Below the pieces are notes generated by a model. The model did not search any database. It saw only the letters and a program-made list of their open reading frames with translations, and was not told the origin of the DNA. DNA of 64,000 nucleotides from Lama guanicoe. Taxonomy: Eukaryota. Positions 39,755 through 52,099 of this stretch are shown here, piece after piece. Position numbers and translations under genes: made by a program. The stretch is from the NCBI GenBank assembly GCA_013239625.1, contig MU054096.1, forward strand, positions 285,098 to 349,097. The letters are read 5' to 3'. Every line of letters begins with the position of its first letter. Within the stretch, counting starts at the first letter, position 1.

Positions 39755-39968
39755 GGGCAGTAATGAACCTGGCTCAGCATCTGGGCTCTGAAGGGAAACC
39801 ATTCACGTCCATTGCTTCCTGGCTGTGACCCTGGACGAGTTATTTCACTTCTCTGTGCCTCGTGGCTGTGCTCACAGCGCCGTTGTGAAGATGTGAGACG
39901 GGGTTTGATGAGCATTTAGGATGGAGCCCGGCCCACACAAGTGCTGGGCAAATGGTAGCTGTTATCTT
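39755..39968 (+). mobile_element. MIR
   Basis: gctgtgaccctggacgagttatttcacttctctgtgcctc. Confidence 0.7.
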
Positions 39969-42689
39969 TACCTGGGGACACTGGCCCTCAGGTTCTCAAG
40001 GATGCGTGCGCCCCTCAGGTGACCGGCAATACAGAGGATGACACTTTAAAGTGCACCCGTCACCTCGACTCCATCCTGTCTCCCTACAGGGGGTAGGCTT
40101 CTCCCTAGCACAGTTTTGTTCTAATAATAATCTTGTAGCCACAGACTGGTGGCTCCAGACTGGACTCGCAGACCCGTTGATGGAGGACTGTTCTCTGGTA
40201 GACTTCTGAGCCTCTTGTCCTTGGGGATTGGAATTTATCCAACTGTTCATAGTCGATGTCCTTAATCCACTGCAGAAAAACAGCTTCCTGGAGCTTGGCC
40301 ACAGAGCACACACGCTTCCCAGCTCGTGGACGGGAAGGATGTGGACATTTCCTCTGGCCCGGGTCCCCCAGCTGGGCGGCTCACCAGCCACACACCCGAG
40401 AACTGAGCACAAGGAGGTGAGCCCCCAGCGCCTCTCTCCAGACCCTATAAAACAGTGTCACAGAGTCTTCAGGAAAGGGACAGTGAAAGGTTAAAGCCAA
40501 GGGGGATGTTTTGCAATTAGAGGCACCGTCAGGAAGAAACTTACCATTTTTCAATGCTTCCTTTCAAAGGGCTCAGTGCACTTCACAAAGGACTCTGCAG
40601 ATCCAATATGATTATTTCCTGGAAATCCTTCAAAATAATGGGACCTATTGTCCCTGGGCAAAACTGAAAATTATGAACAGGTGGCAGTCACCCAGGTTTT
40701 CAAACCCAGCCTTTTCACTCTTCCATACAGAAACCATTGTTTTCTGACAAATAGAAATTGACTAAAGAAGACAAAAGCAACCATGGTCTTGCCTGTGGGT
40801 TTCCAGATTGCATCTCCATGGAACTTCGTTCTCCTCATAGTATCAAAGACCGCTGTCTCACACAGCTCCAACACTAAGTCGTATATTTGGGCGCCCGTAG
40901 TGGGTTTCTCTTAGGTGAACAAAAAAATCACATCAACCACAAGAAAGTTATCTTGCTGGCTTGGCCCTTCCAGGTGTCGCAGTAAACAAGCCACTTAGGA
41001 TCTTAAGGACCACCTCGCTAACATTTGAGGAAATTCAAAGTAAAGCAATGAGGCGGCATTTAAGGTGGACAACTATATATTTGACTGGCAAAAATGCAAA
41101 ACAGCCAGACATCCAAAGAATTGGGACTCTGGTGGTGTACATTATCGGAGTGACTTTGTATGAGAGTTTACTCGGATCTAGTAAATCTGAAATGGAGCGC
41201 CCCCCTAGGACTCAGCATTTCTGGTTCTCAGTATCCACCTACGAATCAGTTTGCACACATACGCAGGAGGCTTGTTCAAGGCTATTTGCAATGGCTTTGT
41301 TTATAAATGGTAAAAAATGTTAAAAGCCACTATTTTCTCTAAATTGGGGCCTGGCTAGATGTATAGATAAAAATACCAACGGTCCTATCAGACAACTGTT
41401 GAATTTTAAAATTTGCAGATAGATATGTTTAGTATTATGCCATTTATGTTAACACTGAGTATTACTCTAAAGTTTCTATTGTTGCGTGTGTGTGCGGGTG
41501 TGTGTGTGTGCTCGTGTGTGTGTGTGTGCTCATAACAGGGGTCTCCAGGGAGAAGTTGGGGTAAAACATTCTGGTCGAGGAGGAAGGAAGAAAATTTTAG
41601 CTGTATCTATAAGGGTTACTATTTTTAAAGGAGAATATATTTATGTATAGCTTATGAAATTTACATTTTTAAAAGAAAAGGTGAGCTTATTAAATGCTGT
41701 CAAATCTCTGATTCATTTTAGAAGTTATGAAATTGGTGCCTTTAAGTAGGCACGGCCTCGGATTAAAATGAACATTAGTCCTTCTTTAAAAATATTTTTT
41801 CTACACTTGCACATCCATGGCACCGTATCTGTCATGGAAAAATGATAAAGACTTTCAAATAACTTTATATTTAAAAGCCAAAAATAAAGCTGAATGCAAA
41901 ACCAACCTAAGGTTCCTTTGAACCCCGACATATTTTTGAGTCTGTAAGATACACATTACTTAAATGCCTGAGTATTAATGTCTAGAAGAACAAACTGCCT
42001 TGTAGCTTAGAAAAACAGACCAGAGCACTTGCCTAGTGTCAAGACCTTAATGATACAGATGTTGAGTATAGCTTAAGGCATCTTTCATCAGCGCCAAGCC
42101 TTCAGAATGAAAAAGAACACGGCTCGTTGCCAGAAACACTTGCCAAGTCCCAATTTGCAAGCACAATTCAGCTCATTTGCACTTCTATCTTGGTCCTGAA
42201 GATTGCTTTATTAAGAAATAATAGAACAATCGCATTGTTCCCTGATTGGAGGGAGTTACGACTTTGGATACTGTCAGCCTTGGCAAGGAAAAAAATGTCC
42301 AGAAATATATTTAAGTTGGATTGGACACCACTTTTAGGAGGTTCATTCTTATGGTTAAAGAGAAATAGTTCAGTCCTAATTTCTTGAATGAGGATTTTCT
42401 AGTGCTCACTTCCCTGAGGGTTTGAATGAATCATCCAATGGATCTCCTATCAATAAAATGTGGAATTGACTCCTACTGTCTGAAATTGACAGTTAAACAT
42501 TGGGGATGTGATGTATTCGGAAGCCTCTGCTCTTCGTGCAAAGGCATGATGGAATTCAGGGAAGGAGGTGATGTGAAGCATTTTGCTGATGGATGACATG
42601 ACCGCGGGCTGATGGGAACAGTCTGACCTGGACCAAGGCATCCGTTGTCTTGCCTGCCCAGACTCCACTCCTTTCTCCTGGTCGTAACT

Positions 42690-43092
42690 TCCTGATTTCC
42701 TCTGTGGGAACACTCATGAGGTCCTGGTTGGGCAATTCCCACCATCTGGCTCTCTGAGTGGGCACATGATCTGTTCATCAGAGAATCCTATGCCGCTGGT
42801 CATGGTAAGTGACTCAGAGACGGCCACTTGACCCAAGCCAGGCTAATGAGAATCCAGGAAGCTTTGCTGGCACTGCCGGGGAAAAGGGGGGACACTGTGA
42901 TGGTAGAATTAAATTCTGAACTCCAGGTTGCCCTGTCTGCAGAGAATGCCTACCTGAAGATCAAGCCAACACTGAGGAGCGGGGCCAAGGGGTGGCACTG
43001 TGCCTTGAATGTCTCAGTTACATGGATCATTTTGGTTTTGTTCACAATATAGTGAGATTTTGGTCACTGGCAAGCAAAAGAATTTTGACCGG
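42690..43092 (+). mobile_element. Old MaLR LTR (MLT1K/L-like)
   Basis: ggccacttgacccaagccaggctaatgagaatcc and terminal ...gtcactggcaagcaaaagaattttgac. Confidence 0.5.
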
Positions 43093-43489
43093 TAACAACA
43101 GTAATACAGTGTGTTCCATGTACTGATAAGCAAGGCTGTCCAGAGGTTGCCCTTCCAATCTGCTGACCTGAGCCCCAATTCTTTTTTCCAAAGTCCAGTG
43201 AAAATACTATCCTTACAGTCTTTAGATCTCACCAACCTCAGTGAAACCTTCCTCATTTGAATTCCTGAGGACTTGTTATCAGTAGTCAATTAAGATCCCT
43301 GTTTGCTTCTCCTAATATATTTGCATATCCTTTCTCCATAATGATGATAAGGGAGCTCAAGGTTATGAATCACGTGATGCAATCTCAGTGCTTGGCGTAG
43401 ATCAGGGTCTCAGTAAATGTTTGTCGTGGTGTATCTAAAGGGGTGCGGCATCCGTGATCCAGTTTTATTGTTGCATCTTAACTGCCTCA

Positions 43490-43675
43490 ATGCATGGCCA
43501 ACATACACAGGTACCCCCCAACCAAACATGAATATACCACGTGCACTTACCCCCAATCAAACACGTACACACGCGTTCACATACGCACAACACGCACGCC
43601 ACTCACACACCGTGCACACGTACCTCCAGCCAAACGCATATTCCATGTACACATGCCCCCAGACAGACACTGTAC
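43490..43675. repeat. CA-rich low-complexity tract
   Basis: Degenerate cacac/catac repeats. Confidence 0.7.
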
Positions 43676-44299
43676 TGAATTCACTGATGCCTCATGAGCG
43701 CCTTCTTGTAGGTTGCCTTGAAGATCCTATTTGGGAGTGGACAGCCCTAGAAGCTGAATTCCTTAGAATTCAGCGAGGGCTGGACTATGGTGACAGGACC
43801 TTCTGGTTCCTCCACCCCCATCCCAAGTGAAATTACAGGCATGATGAGGGGGAGCCACGTGGCGATGAAAGGCGAGTCTGAATGAGTCACAGCCCACCGA
43901 GATGAGGGCCCGTGTTGCTAACCAGCTCCAGAGTGAAAACGGTGACGGGGATTTCTGCTGCATCATACATGCGTGTTAGAGCAAACACAGAGACTCACCC
44001 GGGCACAGGCCCTGAAGGAAATGACTCAGGACTTGGCAGGAGCAGGCTCTGGATCTGGGTGGGTGAGAATTTGAATAGAAATGCGAAGTGTGACTCAGGG
44101 CGGGCAGCCTCGGGCCCTCAGAACTCTCTGACCCGGGTTTCATCCTCGCTCTCCGGCCCCCTGAGCCCCCCGTGGAGCCAAGCGTAATCTCCTTCTCTTT
44201 CTTCTCTGGTGGAATGAGATGAAAAGTTACACAAGGTAGTTCTTACCAAAGAAAAGAGGGGTTTAAATGGAGTTTTAAAGAAAACAGTCACCTAGTGGG

Positions 44300-44790
44300 A
44301 AGACTCGGGTGTAGGAGTCACTGAGGGGCGGTGATGCCCCGCAAAGAGCGTCCGAGGGCCCCCTCGGTGCGCGGGTCGCTGACTCCGATGGGCGCTTTCC
44401 TGCGCGTGCGCAGTGTGCCCGTCCACGCCGCGCGCTGCGCGCACCGCCCCCTCGGCCTCGCGATGCGGCTCAGCTGCTACCCGCTTGTGAAAGGTCGTGG
44501 GAGCTGGAAGCTCCAGGCTTTCTGCACCTTTAGAAGAGCGCCTCAGCGGCCAGGATCGGCTCCCTCCCTCCCTCCTCCACCGGGCCCGGGGCTGATGGTG
44601 GAAATCCGGGCTGACCGCGGCGGCCGTCGGGCTGGAGGGTCAGGGACCCCAGCGCGCTTCTCCGCGGGGACTAGGATCCTCAGCGCCCGGCTTGGGAGCT
44701 CCAAGCCACCGGAGGAAGGCATCCTGTTCCCCAGCCTTCGGGACCAGCTCCTGACTCACGCGTCCTGGTCCCTCACATGCGTGCCTGGAG
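44300..44790. promoter_or_regulatory. Small orphan CpG island
   Basis: Dense CpG (e.g. tgcgcgtgcgca, cgccgcgcgctgcgcgc) in CpG-poor surroundings. Confidence 0.7.
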
Positions 44791-45169
44791 CTTCAGAAAG
44801 AGGAAAGGAAACAGAGGAACAGGGGTTCCTGAATCATCATTTCCTTCCGTTTCTGCAGAAATAAGAAACTGATCACAGGGGGTGAGGCGCTCTCAGGCAC
44901 ACGTGGGGCTTCCTCTGACCTTCCATCTCATCACTTGCCCACTAAGGAGGGAAGACCGTCCACATTTGAATTTTCCAGGACGTGTGTGCCCCCAGCCTGG
45001 GGTTCTCCCTGCTCGCTTGAGCATCCCCACAGTCCCTCTCGGAGAAGAAAGTGGTGACACAGATCTGCCCTCTAATGGCAATGAGAAGAATTGAAGGCGT
45101 GAAAAAAAAGAGCTGAGCCCCAGAGACGTGGGATGATTGGGACATGACTGCGTTTCCCAGAGCTGAACA

Positions 45170-46010
45170 TTTTCAAAGGAATTTTCGAATCAGCCTGTTA
45201 ATTTCTACCAACAAAAAAAAAAGCCTGCTGAATTTATATATCAATCTGGAAAGAATTAACTTCTTAAAAAGATTGAGCCTTTTGACCTATGAACACGATA
45301 TATCTCCCTACTTATTTAAATCATCTTTAATTTTTCTCCACGATGTTGTATAGTTTTCAGAGCGTAAGTATCGATTTTCATATTTTTGATACTATTTTTA
45401 AATAATTTAAAAATAAACTTTCTGATTGGTGCTGATACGTAAAAAGTACAATAGACTTGTGTATAGTTATCTTTTATTCTACAAACCTACTAAAATAATT
45501 TATTAGATCCAATGGCCTTTTTTGTTTTGTTTTGTTTTTGGGTGGAGTGTGTAATTTGATTTATTTATTTTTAGAGGAGTTACTGGGGATTGAGCCAGGA
45601 TCTCCTACATTCTAAGCATGCATTCTACCACTGAGCTATACCCTCCACCCCCCTCCAATGGCCTTTTTATAGACTTTTCTCTGTAGGGAATCATGTTATC
45701 TGTAAATAAAGACATTTTTACTTCAATCTTATTAATCTGGAAGCCTTTTATGCTTGTCCTTGTCTGACTGCACTGGCTAGAACCTTCAGTATAATGTTGA
45801 ATAGAAATTGTGAGAGGGGACATCCTTGCTTTGTTCCTGATCTGGAGGAGAAAACATCCCACTTTTCACAATTAAGTATGATGCTAGTATAAGTGTGTAG
45901 ATGTTAGCATGAATGTGCTTGAGGAAATTCCTGTCTCAAGATTGCTGAGAGTTTTTGCCAAGAATAAATGTTGGATTTTGTCAGATGCTTTTTCTGCATC
46001 TATAGAAATG
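45170..46010 (-). mobile_element. Old L1M ORF2 (RT region) fragment
   Basis: agtataatgttgaatagaaattgtgagaggggacatccttgctttgttcctgatct; peptide EVKMSLFTDNMI resembles the RT SLFADDMI motif. Confidence 0.85.
45523..45653 (-). mobile_element. vic-1-like SINE nested in an old L1
   Basis: Perfect TSD TCCAATGGCCTTTTT at 45508-45522 and 45654-45668. Confidence 0.92.
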
Positions 46011-46296
46011 GATACTATACATGTTTAATATTTTCTTGTTATGTGTTGGTTGTTATTTTCATTCCTATAAATATACTTGAGCTTTCTTCCAGGTGTCGTT
46101 AACTTTCAGTTCTTGCTTTTAAGCTTTATTAGGTGAGACGAGCAGTGTTTAGCCCAGGGCTGCTCTAGCCAATTCCTGAGACGACACCCTGTGAGCACTC
46201 TTCCCAACACCTCTAAATTATGAAGTCTTCTATTCTAGCTACTGGGAGCAGGAACTATCTCCAGTCCGTGTGAACTCTGAGTGTTAATCTCTCTCA

Positions 46297-46488
46297 GCCA
46301 GGGGTTCTCAGCTAGACGTTTGTCAATGTCTGGAGACATTTTTTGTTTTGAAAACTTGAGAGGAGGGTTGTTATTACTGACATCAAGTTGGTAGAAGCCA
46401 GGATGCTGTTAAACACCCTACAATGCAGCCCCCAAAATAAAACACTATCTGTCCCGAAATGTCAATAGTGTTGAGGTTCATAAAACCC
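46297..46488 (+). mobile_element. MER20 hAT element
   Basis: caatgtctggagacatttttt...gtagaagccaggatgctgttaaacaccctacaatgca...aaatgtcaatagtg. Confidence 0.85.
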
Positions 46489-47164
46489 ACCTAATCCTTT
46501 GGGTGTTTTTCTCCTGGGCTTTGGATAGTTTCTTCACATACATGTGCTGATCAGCACTCAGAGGGTTGAGGGGGGATGCCTTCCCTTTCTCACAGGTCTG
46601 TGTCCCCAACTCCAGGAGATTGCTGGGCTGAGGCTGGTCCCCAACCTCGCCCTGACTGCAGCCTGGAATTTCTCCAGGCAGTAGCTGGAGCAAGCTTAGG
46701 TCTCTCCCCAGTTTTTTCTCTTCTCTAGTGAATTGCTGTTCTCTATTGCCTGATGTTCAATTTTCTTCTTATATATTTTTCTGGTTTTTAATTAAAAAAA
46801 ATTCTTTTTTCCAGGCAGAAGGAGAAATCGCATCCCTGTTACTCCATCTTGTTTTGGAGGAGAAGTCCTGCCTTTGACATTTTAGAGATTTAATTAGCAT
46901 TTAATCATTGATCAAAAACAGGGGTCAAAACTGTCCATAACTGAATCTTTCTTGGGAAGTGTTTTGGTTGTTTGGATTTTTTTCAAATAAGTTGTCAATA
47001 CTGAAAAAATAATGGAGTTTTCATATAAGAATTCAAATTTCCAGCTATTCTTGAAACATCTTTTCAGAGGCTATCTCAAAACAACTGGAGTGTATTCACA
47101 AGGCTAACCTCTAGCAATCAAGGCATTGTCTGGGGGTGAGAGTGGGGCTGGGTGTCTTCTTCAT

Positions 47165-47420
47165 GGCCCCCACTTCCACCCTCCAGTCTTCTCCCCCCTG
47201 CCCTGTGCCCAGGATGCTGACCTCTGTGGCTGAGTCCAGAGACTTCCGGACTCTCTGGCTTCCTGTTGGGCTCAGCCAATCAGAGGCACCGGCAGGGAAT
47301 TAGAGGGCGGGAGGAGACTCTGGCTTCTTTGCTGGCTGACTGCACGTTGGCCAAGTCCTTCTTCCAAAGGCTGCAGCTTTTGGCAAATGGACGTACCCAT
47401 ACTGTTCTCTCTGGGTGCCA
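47165..47420 (+). mobile_element. LTR33-like ERVL LTR fragment
   Basis: ctctggcttcctgttgggctcagccaatcagaggcaccggcagg. Confidence 0.55.
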
Positions 47421-48087
47421 GTGACACTGCCTAAGTGCAGGGGGCTGGGAAACAGAGAAGCCAATGGAACACTTGGTGGACACTCTCATGCCAGCTACAG
47501 AGACTGCACAAGACCCCGAATTCCTCAGCACCAGGCTGAAAGTGTGACTCATGAGTTGTTCCCTAAAACCCCAGCAGGAAAGAGAACATGGCAGAAGACC
47601 TCTGGAATCCTTGCTTTGCCCTCTCCGCATGCATTTTTGGTTGTTTGTGTTTGTTTTTGTTCTCCTGAAAAGGAAAGAGGGACGGAGGGAGTTATTTTGA
47701 GGCAACCACCTCCAGATTAAGGTTTAATCAGATTCCTAGAGACTCTTCGATCTGCACTCTGCCTTTCACAACAATATTTCATCAGTATGCCTAGCATCAC
47801 TGCCTTTAGTCTATTCTATTTACACAATCTGTTTCGACAGCTCTGAGCAGACGGGTCCCTATGGGTCCCCAAAGAAAATATTAAATACCACCATATCATT
47901 TTATTCTAATCATATTCTTCACTCTGTGATCTCAGTATAATGGTATTCAGCTCTGGAGCACAAACACACACTCCCACATACACGCACTGACATGCATTTT
48001 TACATATGAACACAACCCACATTTCCCTGTGATTTTCTGCAACAGCTCTGTGGTCTTTATATGCAGCTTTCTAAATATTTAGTGATT

Positions 48088-48204
48088 GGGGGGCAGATAA
48101 TTAATTAGGTTTATTTATTTTTAGAGGAGATACCAGAGATAGAACCCACCACCAAAACAAAGTAATGAAATAATGCAATAATAAATAAATAAAATATAAA
48201 AAAA
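48088..48204. mobile_element. Partial vic-1-like SINE with inverted body
   Basis: 48088-48148 is the SINE 3' half on the minus strand, followed by a plus-strand A-rich tail. Confidence 0.65.
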
Positions 48205-49594
48205 TTTAGTAATGATCACAGCCTAACTACTTGATTGATTAGAACAGCAACCACCTTGTTAGCACAGAGAAAAAACCTGGAATCTTGGAAGAAGTAAAAT
48301 GTCAAAGAACATTCTTGGATTTTAGATTTATAAGAGAAAGATAAAACCTGCCTGCCAAAGATTAAGAAAAGCAGCAAATATGCAAGGAAAACTCACTACC
48401 CCAGAGCTGCATATAAGTCAAAGTGCAAGAAGAAATAGACACCTGATCACAAAGGTTTAAAATTTTAGAAAAAAAATATAGAAGAAAGATTAATCATTGG
48501 TCCATTAGATCCCAGGTATTGTGCATTCCCTGAAAAATAACCGAAACAATAATAAATACTATGCTTGAGAACTGAATGTTTTCATGACTGAATACTTCAC
48601 AGGCCTCGGAAGGATTTTATGTTTAAAGCACAGAGGCAACTCACGGGACGATCAGAACCAGCGTGCCCCTTGCGGGTCAAGGCAGCCCCACGTGAGCACT
48701 GGGACCCTCGGCTCCACCTCTATCCAGTGGGGTGCTCCAAGGAGTTGCCCAGATCTCCAACTTAGTGACTCAAAGACAGAAGAGAAGGCCATATCCCAAG
48801 GACATTAAAATTGGGACATTACAAGAAGAATTGGTGACGGTCAAAGACAGGCTGTTACAGTCAACATTCTGACTGCCTGGTGGCCTGTGGAATAGGCTAT
48901 GATTTGGTATCCGGGATGGGGAAGGAGACAGGATCATAGCAACAGTATCTACTTGTGAAATCTACCCTTGTTATTCTTCAAATTACCAAGATACTCTCTA
49001 TCACCAGTTCCATCCAAGTTCCAGGATTTCTGGGCTGTGACTTGTGGACAGTAACACCAGTCCCAGGGACTGTCCCCCACCTCTTCCCTTCCTCAGGGCC
49101 CCTCCCCAAACCTTCCTTCCACTCCAAACTAAGAAGTAAGAAACCACTCGTCTTTGCTTACCGTGGATGAAATCACCATCTCCCCAGAGCAGCCGCCAAA
49201 TGACTTGATAGTCCTTTATATCCTTTATATCACTGATGATTTCCACATGATGCTTCTTCTTAACAATTCTGGAAATACATTTTTAAGGGGATTAGGAAAT
49301 TGGTAATTTGCTTTGGGAGTAGAAAATCAAATAGAAACAGACTTTACCCCTTCATTATGCACTGGTGTAATGTGATTTCTTAGCAATCTGTGTGTAGTAA
49401 ACAGTTCCAGTAAATGTGATCATCTGCTACATCTTATCAGTTTATGTACTGTGTGGGGTTTTTAGGGCCCACGTTCCCCAGAGGGCCACAGCTACTTTCC
49501 TGTGATGATATAGCTCTACTCTCTATGAGCAAGACCTCAGATTTTTGGCCCACTGTTTAATCTCACATTCAAAATGTCATTAAGACTCACTATC

Positions 49595-50730
49595 TTGGAG
49601 AGGTATTTGCACCTCCACATTCATCGCAGCGTTATTCACAATAGCCAAGTTCCATATGATATCATTTATATGTGGAATCTAAAAAAAAAAAAGATAAATG
49701 AACTTATTTACAAAACAGAAACAGACTACAGACATAGAAAACCAACTTATGCTTACCAGGGGAGGAAGCGAGTGGGAGGGGATAAATTGGGAGTTCGAGA
49801 TTTGCAGATAATAACTATTGTATAGAAAATGGATAAACAACAAGTTCATACCATACAGCACAGGGAACTATATTCAATATCCTGTAGTAAATTATGGTGA
49901 AAAAGAATATGAAAATGAATATATGTATGTTCATGTATAACTGAAGCTTTGTGCTGTACACCAGAAATTGACACAACATTGAAAACTGATTATACATCAA
50001 TAAATATATATATATTTAAATTTTAAAAATAGCCAAAACAAGCAAACCGCCAACCTAAGTGTCCATCCATGGAGGAATGGATAAGTCAAAATGGATATAT
50101 ACATAATATATTGATACATATAATTATATATGGATATAAATATCACTATATAATCATATATTGATGCATATGATACAATATATAAGTTGATACACATATA
50201 TATATAATTTGGCCACAAAAAAGAAGGAAATCCTGCCTCTTTTGACAACATGAATGGACCTTGAAGGCATTATCTTAAGTCAGGCAGTGAAAGAGAAATA
50301 GTGTAAATCTCACTTACGTGTGGGTCTAGGAAAACAGAAGTCACAGAAAGAGAGAGAAGAATGGCGCTTGCCGGAGGTTGGGCGTAAGGAAATTGGGGAG
50401 CTGTTGGCCAAAGGTACAAGATTATAAATGGTCCAGTTATAAAAGGACTAGGATTCAATGTATGACATGGTGACTACAGCGAACATTACTGTATTATATA
50501 CTGGAAAGTTGCTAAACGGTCTTAAAAAAAAAGATCTTAATGTTCTCAGCATACACAAAAAAGTAATAATTATGTGACGTAGTTGAGGAGTTAACTAACC
50601 TTATTATGGTAATCATTTTGCAATATATTCATGTACCAAATCATCCAGCTGCAAACTTGACACTCGCAACATGTTATATGTCAATTTATAGCTCAGAAAG
50701 CTGGGAGGAAATACATGTTTAAAAAAAAAA
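49595..50730 (+). mobile_element. Older L1 3' end interrupted by a younger L1 3' end (~49650-50027)
   Basis: AATAGCCAA duplicated on both sides of the younger insert. Confidence 0.85.
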
Positions 50731-51140
50731 GTGTCACTGAGTAAAACTTTTCTATGCATATGTAATACTACCTGTGCTGAAATTTACCTCCTTTGTGAAA
50801 TCCTCAATGAAAAAGTGAGTTTCATGAACATTATCAATGGACAATGGCCAGCCCCGAGGACAGACAAGCCAGATGTCACGAGCCTCGGGATGGAAGAGAC
50901 CATCCATGAGTTATTATTGCCAAAAAATAGAACACAAATCAGATTAAGTCTTCATATCGAATTACCACTGGGTTGGAAATACAAGGGCTGGAGGATCACG
51001 TTCGTACCACCGGAATGCCATCAGCAAAATCCAGAACCTGGAAAACCGGACAGAATAAATGCTCAGACTTCTTCAATAAATTGCAAGGACAAACAAAAGA
51101 GAGAAGATGTCTAAATTAAGAGAATTAAGATCATCAACCA

Positions 51141-51305
51141 GGGGGGAGGGTATAGCTCAATGTGATAGAGCATGTATGCTTAGCATGTATGAGTCCTGGG
51201 TTCAATCCCCAGTGCCTCCTCTTAAAAAAAAAAAAGGTAAATAAGTAAATAAACTTAATTACACCCCCTAAAAATAAGAAACCTAAAAAAAAAAGTAAAA
51301 AAATA
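51141..51305 (+). mobile_element. vic-1-like SINE
   Basis: TSD ATCATCAACCAG at 51130-51141 and 51306-51317. Confidence 0.92.
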
Positions 51306-51993
51306 ATCATCAACCAGATGTGTGGGACTTTTTTGGATCCCAATTGAAACAAACTACAGCAAACAAACAAACGAGAACAACAAAAACTTTATGAGCCAAT
51401 CAGGGAAACGTGGCTGGGTATTTCACGATATTCAGAAATTTCTGTTGATTCTGTAGGTATGATCTATATATAAAGAATCCTTATGTTTTAGGGCAATGTG
51501 TGGAAACAGTGGTAGATTAGACATCAGGATGTCTGGGATTCGTGGTGGAAAGGATGGGTAGGGATTATAGTCTGGAACAAGAGTGGCTGAGAGTTGGTGG
51601 TGGTTGTAGCTGGAAGACAGGCCGTCCACAGCTCTCTACTTTCGCAAATGTTTGAAGTTGTCCATAATTATTTTTGAATGAATTTAGTTGTCTTTCATTT
51701 GCCAATGACTGCACCCGAGTCTGCACTGCATATCACGTTATGAAATTAGCAATTCATAATGCCTATTTGGAGTTACTCAACAGTTCACAAAGCAGTTAAG
51801 TTCGCCCTCTCCTTCCTTCTTCCTAGTACTGAGCGAGGCAGGCGTTGCTCCGGCCTGCACTTTGCAGATGAGCCGAGGGTAACTGCAGCTAGTGACCGGG
51901 ACTACAATCAAAAGCCTTAGAACTCCAAATTCCGGGCTCCTCCCTCCATACGAAGAAAGAGGAGTGGAAAGGGGATGAAAAAGACCTCTTTTA

Positions 51994-52082
51994 AAAATCG
52001 AATTAGAGTCGGTTACAGTGTGTCAGTCTCTGGTGCACGGCACAATGTCCCAGTCATGCATAAAAGGAAAAAAGGTGAAAAC
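51994..52082. mobile_element. Micro L1 insertion: inverted 3' tip plus A-rich tail
   Basis: 17-bp TSD GAAAAAGACCTCTTTTA at 51977-51993 and 52083-52099. Confidence 0.8.
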
Positions 52083-52099
52083 GAAAAAGACCTCTTTTA

